A DNA stretch of 64,000 nt from a virus: positions 131,193 to 195,192 of the IMG/VR virus record IMGVR_UViG_3300024239_000355, one strand, 5' to 3'. The notes below the pieces were generated by a model. It was given only the letters and a program-made list of their open reading frames with translations, did not search any database and was not told the origin of the DNA. A program made the translations under genes and the position numbers. Positions within the stretch are counted from its first letter, which is position 1; each line of letters starts with the position of its first letter. Shown here one piece after another: positions 32,101 through 41,152 of the stretch.

Positions 32101-35100
32101 GCGGATGATCACCTTCTGATCGCCTGACAACTCCACCGTGGCATTGATATCCGCCTGGAAATAAATCTTACCAGCAACAGTGCTACTATCAACCTTCACC
32201 ACGACCTGTTCAGCGCCATCAGTACGATTGATCACGCAATCAGTGAAAATAATGTCAGTCGTGTTATTGATCCACAACGCATTGGCACCGGTATTGATCA
32301 AGGACATATTTTGAACGGCAAAGCCGTTACTCAATGAACCTGATATCACCAGACGACCATTCAGAATAACCTTGCCCATACCAACAAGATAAAGAGCCTT
32401 GTTGTTTACCGACACGTTTTCAATATAGGTACCTGGGTGGACAATAATGACCGAACCAGTGGTTGCTACCGCAGTGGCTTTTCCAATAGTCAAATAGGGG
32501 TTGGTGAACGTACCAGTCCCGTTGCTATCGTTACCGTTCTTTGCGACGTAGACAGCGTTCTGTGGATTGACCAATGCGGATGACGCCTTGACTTTCTTCG
32601 CCAATTCGTCCAACGCATCCTGAACTTGGGCAGGAGTTACCGTAGCAAATGCCCAATCAGTTGGCGTTGCCGGGTGATAATTGATTGCCCGCGAATACGT
32701 CAGATGGTTCAGTACCGCAGTACCAGCAATAACCAACCGAGCCGCATCCGGGGTCGAAGTCGCATCCAGATTTACCACCGAGGCACCATCACCGGTAATT
32801 GTACCGGATACTGCTGTACCAACAACCGTCAGTCCAGTTGTCCCCGCAGTCGTGATATTCCCAACCGAAGACCCACGGACAACCAAAGCGGTCATCTGAC
32901 CCGCTGTATTAGCGAACGTACCGCTGCCAGTTGACGTGGTAATATCACCCACCAAAGTGCTTCCGACCACCGTTGTGGACGTACTAGCGAGTGTCACTGC
33001 ACCATCGATTTTTGAGTTGATGATCGTAACAAGATCACGCCCTGCACCAATACCCGCAACTGCCAACCCACCAGCGCCGATAGAAACGCCGTTTAGGGAA
33101 AGAACAAAAGCGTTGCCGGTTGCACTGGTGTGCTGCACCGTCAGTCCGGACATACCGAGCGAGACATTGCGGAACTCGAAAGTACCACTGTCCGATATGG
33201 TCAATTGATGAGACTGATAACCGCCACTGCCGTTCTGGCGCTGGATTGTGGTCATATCGGGAGATGTTGCACAAATGCTTACAAAGGCTTTCAAGGCAAA
33301 CCCGGATACTTCGTCATATGTACCCGGACCAACCATTACAACGTATTTCTTGGTAGACGATGCATCAGTAATGGAGTCTACCGCTTTCGTCACCGTATGA
33401 TACGGGCTGGACATCGTTCCAGTCCCGGTGTCATCATTGCCATTTTTCGACACATATACTACAGATTCAACGGTAACAATCCCACCAGCGGAAGCAAGAA
33501 CATCATCAATTGCTTGAAGATGTGTCTTCAATGCGTCGTCGGTAACGTTGTAATGGTTCGGAACAAAACCGGCACCAATATCTTCAGCATATCGCCCAAA
33601 CGCAAGACGCGAACCTGTGATCGTATCGAATTGAGAAAGACGATTACAATCAGTAATAACGAACTGACACGTTCCGGTCTTCAAAATCTTACCAAAGGTA
33701 AGGTCATCCTGTTGAAGATCAACATTCTCTATTACCAGCAAATTACTACCAGATACCGGCAATGCCGAGGTGGAAATAACTGAGTTCCCAGCGGAATTCT
33801 TAACAATTTTTCCAACATTGTTCAGGCGCAACACACCATCCAAATGGCTCAAATAACCAATGACCGGACAATTAGAAACCATCGTCGTAGAGAATTCAGT
33901 TTGGGTGCGAAGGTGCATAGTTGCCCCACCACCACCATTGATCAGAATCGTCCCACCATTACCGGCACTCACAACTTCACCGACCACCGAGCAATTGTTA
34001 AACTCGACATTTCCGTTAATGTTACCACTGATATTAATTGCTACGGATGTTTCAGTGGAACGCCCAAACGAACAACCCTGGAAAACATGCCCAGAACCAC
34101 TCACAATTGATAGAGCATAATCTGTAGTATTGACCACTCTGATCCCGGACATGGTGATGCCCATGACTGAACCAAGGGTGATCATACCTCGAATTTCGAC
34201 CGTCCCACCGAGGTTCACAAACGTCAGGTTTGACTTTGTAACCGAAACATTCTCAGTGTAGATACCCGCTTGTACAAGAATAACCTCCCCTGAATTGGCA
34301 ACTTGCAAAGCCTTTCCGATAGTCGCAAAAGGCATGGATAGAGAACCAGTCCCCGTAGAATCATCACCATTCACAGACACAACATAAGTATGAGAAAGCC
34401 CAATTTGCATTTCGTTTGGCGCAACTTTAGTATCTAGTGCTGCCAAATGTGAGTTCAAATCATCGGAGGCGGGGCTGTAGTTTGTCGGTGCGTAATTCAC
34501 CAAAATGTCCACCGACTGCCCATCAAACGCCTTACGAATGCCAGTAAATACCGACGTTGTATCATAATTTACATTGATCAAGGTGTACGGGCAATCACCA
34601 GTCTTTACGATCTTACCGTAAGAAAAATCAGATTGCTGAAGGTTGATACCCTCCAACAAAAGTTTGTTGGTTGGCGCCACAAGGTCCGCCGAGCTATTGA
34701 TGCTGATGCCATTTACATCCTTACCAAGCTGTCCAATGTTCCGAAGGAACAATCCGCCAGCTAAATGCTCGACCACGTTCAGTCGGGGGCAGTTATCAAT
34801 ATATACAGAACCGCCAACCGTATTTGCACGTACACTAGTTTCATCAGACATCACCCCGGAAACCCGAAGCGTACCACCAACACTCGTGCTTTCGATAAAT
34901 CCAGTGAGTTGACCTCCAATTATCCAATTTTCACCAGAAATCGCCCCTTTCTGAGACACGGTGACGGTTGTAGTGTTGGCCCGACGATAATAGGAATTAT
35001 AAGACCGAAACCCAGCAGCGCCATCGAGTTCAAGACACGGGTCTGCATTATTATCTACCTTCAAATCGAAGAAGGTGACATTAGCAGAAGTCACCGAAAT

Positions 35101-35463
35101 TTTACCAAATATTGTCACAAGCCCCGAACCACGAAGAGTCAACGAATTGGCACTGATGATAATGTTCTCAACGTAAGTACCAGTGGCAATGACTATGGTA
35201 GTAGGTACGACTGCACTCGTTACCGCTTTTTGAATACTCTTAAACGGTTTTGTGATCGAACCATCACCGGTTGTATCATCACCAGTAAGCGCAACATAAA
35301 ACACCGATGGCACATTCAGCGATGCCCAGGCAAGATGCCCCGCACTTTCCGTGGTCAGAATTTGACCATTTTGCCCATTGGTAATTGGAAATGCTTGACC
35401 TTCTAACCGTAGACCGTTGGTCGCAGTAATATTGCCGCTCTTGTTGTCGAGATTTATACCCAT
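29137..35463 (-). CDS. Giant tail fibre/spike with six tandem pectate-lyase-like beta-helix modules
   Basis: 2108 aa; six V.V..NG.D..G.G...PY.TI.KA module starts, most separated by NY.P....HL.GID.KL linkers. Confidence 0.85.
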   Translation of the reverse strand: MGINLDNKSGNITATNGLRLEGQAFPITNGQNGQILTTESAGHLAWASLNVPSVFYVALTGDDTTGDGSITKPFKSIQKAVTSAVVPTTIVIATGTYVENIIISANSLTLRGSGLVTIFGKISVTSANVTFFDLKVDNNADPCLELDGAAGFRSYNSYYRRANTTTVTVSQKGAISGENWIIGGQLTGFIESTSVGGTLRVSGVMSDETSVRANTVGGSVYIDNCPRLNVVEHLAGGLFLRNIGQLGKDVNGISINSSADLVAPTNKLLLEGINLQQSDFSYGKIVKTGDCPYTLINVNYDTTSVFTGIRKAFDGQSVDILVNYAPTNYSPASDDLNSHLAALDTKVAPNEMQIGLSHTYVVSVNGDDSTGTGSLSMPFATIGKALQVANSGEVILVQAGIYTENVSVTKSNLTFVNLGGTVEIRGMITLGSVMGITMSGIRVVNTTDYALSIVSGSGHVFQGCSFGRSTETSVAINISGNINGNVEFNNCSVVGEVVSAGNGGTILINGGGGATMHLRTQTEFSTTMVSNCPVIGYLSHLDGVLRLNNVGKIVKNSAGNSVISTSALPVSGSNLLVIENVDLQQDDLTFGKILKTGTCQFVITDCNRLSQFDTITGSRLAFGRYAEDIGAGFVPNHYNVTDDALKTHLQAIDDVLASAGGIVTVESVVYVSKNGNDDTGTGTMSSPYHTVTKAVDSITDASSTKKYVVMVGPGTYDEVSGFALKAFVSICATSPDMTTIQRQNGSGGYQSHQLTISDSGTFEFRNVSLGMSGLTVQHTSATGNAFVLSLNGVSIGAGGLAVAGIGAGRDLVTIINSKIDGAVTLASTSTTVVGSTLVGDITTSTGSGTFANTAGQMTALVVRGSSVGNITTAGTTGLTVVGTAVSGTITGDGASVVNLDATSTPDAARLVIAGTAVLNHLTYSRAINYHPATPTDWAFATVTPAQVQDALDELAKKVKASSALVNPQNAVYVAKNGNDSNGTGTFTNPYLTIGKATAVATTGSVIIVHPGTYIENVSVNNKALYLVGMGKVILNGRLVISGSLSNGFAVQNMSLINTGANALWINNTTDIIFTDCVINRTDGAEQVVVKVDSSTVAGKIYFQADINATVELSGDQKVIIRDIENNNARITTKKESAVTIVENCAEIGVVTHEAGMLTLRNVGRIAKFAGNSIVSNAPVGTAIGNRLTLDNVSLVQTDGTYGAISKTGACSYVLNDVARNPAADVLTGTRSFYGRVGTDIKANYSPSSYNITEDTIPGHLAGIDSKLAVLASNTGLVRYQQVVFVDKNGSDANTGDANAPYLTIQKALDVIGATAKTAAEQNKRWLVHIAPGIYNENLSVPAGRTVTLFGLGPWTLGDAVAPTVPRNIVINTDGATVLSSELRPCFSIIGHGEVTAGQDRSAAANGVTVSGNIVFSPSATASAVDVCLVNARVLGTISGTQTSEVGLYFHNVYTGDQISVTEGRLYDVSDTVFNALVAVKSFGAIKNSKISGMTVTSAVDTSIGTPSGIFGSSVSGVFSGPANSFRVDGSTYKMFQQNGGLLGGAATVDILDAIPANDFATTYTPINYTVSGDNLKAHLTGIDAKLTAQALPTSHVAVNYTAATNTVSDHLAGIDSVLTGQGVKTNHIAENYVPVDTTITAHLSAIDTKLASATVPAIRHTVHVGKNGNNSTADGSLGRPYLTVQAAIDAISDATMIDQYAVLVGPGLYDEDVSFVLKPNVSVFGTTTAHTIIRRSDGGGGYAPVSLTIDHTEGGVIALKNIDFADSGLAIEHVAADRVTPVAFPMTVIMENCSDLSGTEIYGDGAGRDRIRISGHISPATVTIAGVKVNIFNSQFNSLVLNDNEAIFDFGGLYSLVEVFGSSIINLTATSTNNIEVYLIGSSVYTTNSTGAGTIVVSGLTNETAPVLGGDLDVGDYRIVSTSNKDIVFAPDGTGQVRFGGASVGALEPDPTFDLTVKGGAGQSGHAGDLILQGGAGSGSFNSGNIVIDGGTGGASTGVVILGGVTYGRLTTVDLNDNQITAATIAAIEATALYVDYSISRGTSARTGTLLIARTGSTVALVDTGVDVGGTIGVTISVTCVGSLINLQYTSTATGDDPVIKYSTRNWM

Positions 35464-35623
35464 CAGATGCTCCCCGTCGCGCCATTGCGCAGTTTAGGTT
35501 AAGACCGCCACCCCCGTCGCATCGACAGCGGTTTAGGGGTCGCTTTAGGTATTTAGCGAGACGGCAGAAATCTGATAGTTGCTCTATAAAAAGAACGCAT
35601 TTGCAATTTTTCACAGTATTTGC

Positions 35624-35652
35624 TTGACGTGTCAGGTGTCGTCTGTTAAATA
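35624..35652 (+). promoter_or_regulatory. sigma70-like promoter whose -10 also matches the late motif
   Basis: TTGACG-17 nt-TAAATA. Confidence 0.6.
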
Positions 35653-35656
35653 ACTC

Positions 35657-35800
35657 TCAGACGACAATGATAATGTCATTCTCCAAGCGGCGTGATATCG
35701 GACCTCAATTGAGGTGATCAATCCAGAGTTGGGAACGGGTGGAGCCTACCCGGTAAAATAAGTGTCCAAAAACACCGCAGTCACCGACTGCGGTGTTTTT
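35657..35800 (+). ncRNA. Candidate small RNA 1 (unknown family)
   Basis: Bounded by promoter and terminator AAAAACACCGCAGTC/GACTGCGGTGTTTTT; several internal hairpins; no ORF longer than 16 aa. Confidence 0.5.
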
Positions 35801-35813
35801 GTATGTGGACACC

Positions 35814-35842
35814 TTGACGCCCATACGCCATCATGGTATATT
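35814..35842 (+). promoter_or_regulatory. sigma70 promoter
   Basis: TTGACG-17 nt-TATATT. Confidence 0.75.
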
Positions 35843-35848
35843 TGTATG

Positions 35849-35993
35849 GTTGACGTAGCTTAAATGGCAAAAGCCGCCCCGTAGGGGGAATACAAGAGCC
35901 TGAATGGGAAAGGCGGACCCCGAAAGGGTCGGTGGGTGGTTCGTTTCCAACAGTATTCCTAGAAAACGCCGTGGCGTAAGCTGCGGCGTTTTT
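35849..35993 (+). ncRNA. Candidate small RNA 2 containing a tRNA-like cloverleaf (35887-35959)
   Basis: GGAATAC/GTATTCC acceptor-like stem, GCCT/AGGC D-arm with GG, GACCC/GGGTC arm with 5-nt loop, GGTGG-TTCGTTT-CCAAC T-arm; GNRA-capped terminator 35963-35993. Confidence 0.55.
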
Positions 35994-36059
35994 ACTTGGT
36001 GGTCTTGACATTCTCCCGTCAACGTATATTATTCACGAGTATTCATTAGGAGACGTGTC

Positions 36060-37085
36060 ATGGGATTGAGTGGCAACGAACGGCGCAATGGCATCTATTT
36101 CTGTGTGGATCGGTTGACCAAGTTGGCGCGTGACCTCGATACTACTGATCATGTCGCTCATTTTTCGGAAGGTGCCATTCCTCGCCTGAAGGAAATCTGT
36201 GAATCCGCGCATCTGTGGCACGCCTTCATTGGCGACCAGTCCAATTCGGCGCACTGGCTGTTCGGCTCCGAAGCTGGAAACGTGGTAACCAGCGAGTCGA
36301 ATGGTCCGTGGGGCACTGCTGTCATGACCACCATGCGCGAATGGCGTGAAAGCATGTCCGATAGTGTGCTGCGGCTGGAACGTAGTGGCAAATTCAATGC
36401 CTTCGATCACTTCCTGTCCATTTCGGGGTTGTTGGGTCAGTGGTCAAAGACCGCCGGAACCATCTTCGACATTTATACCACCGCCGAAAACATGAACTAT
36501 TACTTGCGCCGCTACAAGGACGGCATGCTCGCGCAGCATCATGCGCTGAACGTCACCTTGTCCGAAATCGGTGGACTGTGCTTCGGTGTATTCACGGAAA
36601 ATCGCCAATTCACCCTGGCATATCTGGTGCATGAAATTGCCAAGATCGTTTACGGCGACACGTCATATAACGAGTTTCCGGAAAATCAGGACTGGGTGAC
36701 CCAATGGGCGGATAAGAATTGCATCCATCACTATATGAGCCGTCCGCTGGCTGATCGATTGAATGATAAACTGTTCACGGTAGTGGCGAAGACGCATGCC
36801 CATCTGACCACGCGATGGATCAATACCGGTCGTACCCACAAGAACATTCCGTTCGAGAGAGTGGTGGCGGCGGTCATTCTGTCCGGTCGCCGGTTTGAAT
36901 ATGACCATCAGCACCGCGCTCTGCGCAAACTGTGCGTTGAAAACGGGTTTACCGCTGAACAGATTACCGAACTGAATGGGTATTTGCGGCGGTGCGTTCG
37001 CGACCACGAACGACGTTCGACGGATGATCGTGAACATTTCCGTCGCGATTACGACCGTCGCGAACTGTCCATTCATCAGGAATGA
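36060..37085 (+). CDS. hypothetical protein (early island)
   Basis: 341 aa; AGGAG SD; TTGACA..TATTAT promoter at about 36005-36032. Confidence 0.8.
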   Translation: MGLSGNERRNGIYFCVDRLTKLARDLDTTDHVAHFSEGAIPRLKEICESAHLWHAFIGDQSNSAHWLFGSEAGNVVTSESNGPWGTAVMTTMREWRESMSDSVLRLERSGKFNAFDHFLSISGLLGQWSKTAGTIFDIYTTAENMNYYLRRYKDGMLAQHHALNVTLSEIGGLCFGVFTENRQFTLAYLVHEIAKIVYGDTSYNEFPENQDWVTQWADKNCIHHYMSRPLADRLNDKLFTVVAKTHAHLTTRWINTGRTHKNIPFERVVAAVILSGRRFEYDHQHRALRKLCVENGFTAEQITELNGYLRRCVRDHERRSTDDREHFRRDYDRRELSIHQE

Positions 37086-37093
37086 GGTGATTT

Positions 37094-37357
37094 ATGACCA
37101 TCCCAACCCACGAAGACTACGAACGCGCTGCCCGCGAAGAGCGGGATTGGGACAATCGCCGTAAGTATATGTGCGAAGTCCACTACAAAATCGTGCGTTG
37201 GAAGATCGCCTCCCGTGAAGGCGAACAAAATGGTCATTTCGAATTGACCGACATTGCCAGCCTGGATGCGTTCATGCAGAAGCAGAAGGTGGCGTTGTTG
37301 AATGGGTATGGCTGCACCACGACGGTGGAAACCCACGTTCGGTACGTTCCCAAGTGA
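37094..37357 (+). CDS. hypothetical protein
   Basis: 87 aa, GAGGT SD. Confidence 0.75.
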   Translation: MTIPTHEDYERAAREERDWDNRRKYMCEVHYKIVRWKIASREGEQNGHFELTDIASLDAFMQKQKVALLNGYGCTTTVETHVRYVPK

Positions 37358-37364
37358 GGTAAAA

Positions 37365-37883
37365 ATGAGCGGCGATGAGGCGGACTTTCTCAAGATCGTA
37401 AAGCTTTTTGGGAACACCCCGCTTCCCAAAAAACCAAAGCCGTATCGTCATTTTCGGCGTGGACGCAACAAAGGCGGTCCCCTCTTCCCGTTCTATAAAC
37501 CGGATCGGGGCGGTCCCATGATCGCCGCGTTCTTCAAGATCATCACGGATAAGCCGATCTACCGCCAGAACCAACGGCGGGTATTTGTGCGGATCACACG
37601 CTTGCAAGAGCAGTATGTGATCACCGTACTTCCGGAATACGCACCCACGCGACTGTCCCTGCTGATCACCGAGACGGATCAAGCCGTATTCGTGACACAA
37701 TGGGAAGAGGACGCCACGAAACGCTATGGTAAAATCCCGGCGGGTAACAAGTTTTTCGAAGATGCACGACGAAACGCCAAGTCATTTTCTTCAACGGGTG
37801 ATGTCGCCGGTCAAGCTACTCGGATGGCTGACTTTGTTCTTCAAGCTATCGGACTATTCGTCAAGTATGGCGAAGTCGAATAG
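37365..37883 (+). CDS. hypothetical protein
   Basis: GAGGT SD before ATG 37365 (MSGDEAD...). Confidence 0.75.
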   Translation: MSGDEADFLKIVKLFGNTPLPKKPKPYRHFRRGRNKGGPLFPFYKPDRGGPMIAAFFKIITDKPIYRQNQRRVFVRITRLQEQYVITVLPEYAPTRLSLLITETDQAVFVTQWEEDATKRYGKIPAGNKFFEDARRNAKSFSSTGDVAGQATRMADFVLQAIGLFVKYGEVE

Positions 37884-37912
37884 TTGACAAATACAACCAC
37901 AATCTGTATAGT
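37884..37912 (+). promoter_or_regulatory. sigma70 promoter
   Basis: TTGACA-17 nt-TATAGT. Confidence 0.85.
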
Positions 37913-37934
37913 CAAGTTAAATTTGGAGGTTCCC

Positions 37935-38165
37935 ATGCCAATCTTGCCATATGATCATCCGCATCGTAAAGCAATGAACTCGCACGAGCGCAAACACTGG
38001 GAACTCTTCCTGCGCAACGGACGCTGGGGCACCTGTGTGGATTGCCCGATGGACAGCGACGGAAAGCAATATCCCGAACTATGCGAACATACCGCCCGCA
38101 GCGACCATCACTTATCCATTGAAGCCTTGGTGGAACGCTACCGCCGCACCGTACCGAAAGAATAA
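37935..38165 (+). CDS. hypothetical protein
   Basis: GGAGGT SD; MPILPY... with CxxC. Confidence 0.7.
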   Translation: MPILPYDHPHRKAMNSHERKHWELFLRNGRWGTCVDCPMDSDGKQYPELCEHTARSDHHLSIEALVERYRRTVPKE

Positions 38166-38170
38166 TCGCC

Positions 38171-39070
38171 ATGAACGTTCAGGACGAAATCAAGAAAATC
38201 CTCGGCGCCGACATTCCGTGGCGTGCGAAGAACCGCAATCTCCATTTGCTCGCCTACGAGTGCCGCGACAACAACGATATGGACGGCTACGCCGCCGTGC
38301 TGGACGCAATTCCCCAGGTAATCAATGACCAAGATCGTCCGTGCCACTTCCAGCCCTACCGGGCGTTCAAGATCATGTACGATGTGGACCAAAACGGCAC
38401 CAAGGTCTTGATGTGCAAGGAAAAGCACGCCACCCGAATGTTCGACGTGTCCACGCCCCTCAACTTCGCCAACGCCTGCCTGATGCTGGTGGACGAACGC
38501 CTGGGCGAAGGCTGGTACGCCCAGAGCGCGCCGTATCTTAGTGGCACGCTTGATCCCCTGATCGAAGTGTTCCTGCGCCAACTGGCGCACAAGCCCTACA
38601 TCATGGAGGTTCATGCGGACTTGGCACCGCGCGACCTTTCGGCGCTGTGGACCAACGACGACTACCAGTATATCCGTGGACACCAAGCCATTGGGTCTGG
38701 TGCGCTGTTTCAGTTCATGACTATGGTGGTGAATGAGACGAACGAAATCAGCCAGGATATGCCGGGCTGGCATTTCAACAACAATCTCGTGGCGTTTCTC
38801 GGCTACATGATCCACGCCATCAACAGCGACTATGATCCGGCGCTATACGACGCCATGATGAAGTTGAATGACCGTAACGCCATGGTCACCCGGATCATCA
38901 ACAATTTATCCAAGAGTCATGAAGAACGGGTTTGTGATCTGTTGGAAGTCGCAAACTCGAATATTCTCAAAGCGGGGCGTTTGGCTTTCGACTTCTTAGA
39001 GGAACGGAAGAAATACCAGTACGAACACGTCGAAGTCGAGACGCTGGAAGTCGCAAGCTTCGAACCGTAG
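38171..39070 (+). CDS. hypothetical protein
   Basis: 299-aa ORF with GC-rich third positions. Confidence 0.8.
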   Translation: MNVQDEIKKILGADIPWRAKNRNLHLLAYECRDNNDMDGYAAVLDAIPQVINDQDRPCHFQPYRAFKIMYDVDQNGTKVLMCKEKHATRMFDVSTPLNFANACLMLVDERLGEGWYAQSAPYLSGTLDPLIEVFLRQLAHKPYIMEVHADLAPRDLSALWTNDDYQYIRGHQAIGSGALFQFMTMVVNETNEISQDMPGWHFNNNLVAFLGYMIHAINSDYDPALYDAMMKLNDRNAMVTRIINNLSKSHEERVCDLLEVANSNILKAGRLAFDFLEERKKYQYEHVEVETLEVASFEP

Positions 39071-39098
39071 AAAAGGGGGCTTTCGCCCCCTCTTCTTT
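39069..39098. terminator. Bidirectional terminator between convergent genes
   Basis: AGGGGGC-TTTC-GCCCCCT flanked by A and T runs. Confidence 0.75.
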
Positions 39099-41098
39099 TA
39101 CACATTTGGATACGGTCCCGATGGGACGAAGCTGCTCGTGTACCGAGCCACGCCCTTGGTGATGCGAAGTTCGTCTATATTACCGTTTAACTCAGATTCC
39201 CACGATGGGTACAGTTCAGAGCCAAGCAACAATTCATTTTTACCAATCACCTCATCAGACGGTGTTACATTGTTAGAACCGGTTGGTTGAAGCACCCCGT
39301 CAATAAAGAGGTAAAAACTGCCGTTATAGCGACATGCCGCGTAATGATGCCATTCACCCAATTTGATCGTGGGTGGTTCGGTACAGCCCAAGCCTGCCCA
39401 TTGCAATCCACCATTATTTTTCACATACATGAAATTAATATTCACCTGACCGCTGTTTGGATCATCACCTACCTGTTGATTATATATGTAGAATGTCCAT
39501 CCGTAGTCAGTCCCCATTTGCTTTGCGCAACTGACCATGATGGAACGGCGATTACCATTATAAGATTTCGCCCATCCATTTATCTTCACCCATCCTTCAA
39601 TGGTGAAATTCCCTGTTCCGAAACTATACATAACTGGACGCAAATTCTTGTATTGCGCATAGTCACCAGTACCATCAAATTTAAGTGATGCGGTGCCATA
39701 CTTGGTGCTTGACGTATCAACAACCGCATTACCATACAATGCAACATCAGCACTGCTTTGATCATTAAGATCATCGGTGAACGGCAGGCATAATCGGCAA
39801 TGCTGCCAATTCGGGTCAGAACTACCAATTGGTTGAATAGTAGATGGCGCCGTAAAATTACCAGTATATTTCGCAACACCAATATAGATGCGGAAATCAT
39901 TGATTAACAGGTTTGCGTTACTACTATTACCGCTTAGTAAGATAGTCCCGGTTTCTTTGGCTGAATATACAGAACCACTAAATGTACCAGATGTAACAAG
40001 AACCCCGTCAATGAAAATACGCCATGTTGAGCCTTGGCGAGTTGCAGCCAAATGGTATCGACGGTTCATTTGCCATGTGATCGGGTAATTACACACCTGA
40101 CCATGACTACCACTCGGTCCTGCCGCACCGAGATATAGGTTGTTACCATTCAAATCAAATTGAAATGGTGAGTTTTGGTTATCAAGTGTCCACTGAGTGA
40201 TGATTGAAGACCATGCTTCAGGAGTGCTGAAAAACGTAAAGTGTCCTTCTATAGTCCAATCACTTGCACCAACGCGAAGATCATAACGCGAGGTGGCTGA
40301 GTACCCGACATAACCGTTTGTGAAGGTACCACTGTACAGTCTCGCGCCTTTGCCCCCAGCAAGACCCCCATCTACGATGGTTGGACCCCCATTGCTCCAC
40401 TCAATGGTTTTGCCATACCACCGATCATCACGAAGATAAGTATCGGTTGGTGAACCATCGAAATGCACCAATGTAGACACCGATCCAATATTAGTGTCAT
40501 TTGCTGCCTGGACGGTCATTGAGAACGCACGATCTACATTTCCACCCTTTCCATCAGATGCACGTATAGTGAAATTCGCAGTTTCGACCAACAGCGGTGT
40601 CCCGGAAATTATTCCGTTCACCAGTGTAATCCCGGACGGCAAATCACCGGAAACTACAGTATAGGTAATCTGATCGTTGTTCGGGTCAGTTGCCTGAAGC
40701 GTGATTGAAGACGACATTCCCACCGTGAATGTCCCCAGCGACCCCGCCGCCGTAACCCAAACCGGGGTCTGATTTGTCACTTCAAGTTGAAATGACCGAT
40801 CTGTGCTTGAATATCCGTCAAAACAACGAATAGTGAAGCTATATACCCCCGGAATATTCACCGGGGTACCAGAGATAATCGTACCAGCAATAGAAAGCCC
40901 AGCAGGCAAAGAACCCGAAATGACCGTTAACATCAACGGCGCATTCTCGGGATCAGACACGAGAAGGTTCAATGTATACGGCTGACCACCATTTGCGGCA
41001 CCCAACGATCCCTCGGTGGTACCCCAGATCGGTGGAATGTTAGTTACGACTTTAAAAGCACCAACCGGTGCAATCCCACCTTTAAATGACAAACCCAT
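39098..41098 (-). CDS. Virion protein with two He_PIG/cadherin-like Ig domains and two LamG domains
   Basis: SDPEN.PL....SG.LP.GL...G.ISGTP repeats; FTIEGW, WHHYA, IDELRITKGVARYT; likely start MGLSFK. Confidence 0.85.
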   Translation of the reverse strand: MGLSFKGGIAPVGAFKVVTNIPPIWGTTEGSLGAANGGQPYTLNLLVSDPENAPLMLTVISGSLPAGLSIAGTIISGTPVNIPGVYSFTIRCFDGYSSTDRSFQLEVTNQTPVWVTAAGSLGTFTVGMSSSITLQATDPNNDQITYTVVSGDLPSGITLVNGIISGTPLLVETANFTIRASDGKGGNVDRAFSMTVQAANDTNIGSVSTLVHFDGSPTDTYLRDDRWYGKTIEWSNGGPTIVDGGLAGGKGARLYSGTFTNGYVGYSATSRYDLRVGASDWTIEGHFTFFSTPEAWSSIITQWTLDNQNSPFQFDLNGNNLYLGAAGPSGSHGQVCNYPITWQMNRRYHLAATRQGSTWRIFIDGVLVTSGTFSGSVYSAKETGTILLSGNSSNANLLINDFRIYIGVAKYTGNFTAPSTIQPIGSSDPNWQHCRLCLPFTDDLNDQSSADVALYGNAVVDTSSTKYGTASLKFDGTGDYAQYKNLRPVMYSFGTGNFTIEGWVKINGWAKSYNGNRRSIMVSCAKQMGTDYGWTFYIYNQQVGDDPNSGQVNINFMYVKNNGGLQWAGLGCTEPPTIKLGEWHHYAACRYNGSFYLFIDGVLQPTGSNNVTPSDEVIGKNELLLGSELYPSWESELNGNIDELRITKGVARYTSSFVPSGPYPNV

Positions 41099-41152
41099 AA
41101 CAAAGCCCCCTGTTCTGGACAATATCTCTTATTTAAGCGAACGCAACTATCA

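Noticed and set aside
35887-35959. Canonical tRNA gene
   Set aside because: 5-nt anticodon loop, T-stem mismatch, extra nucleotides at junctions and no U8; reported only as tRNA-like
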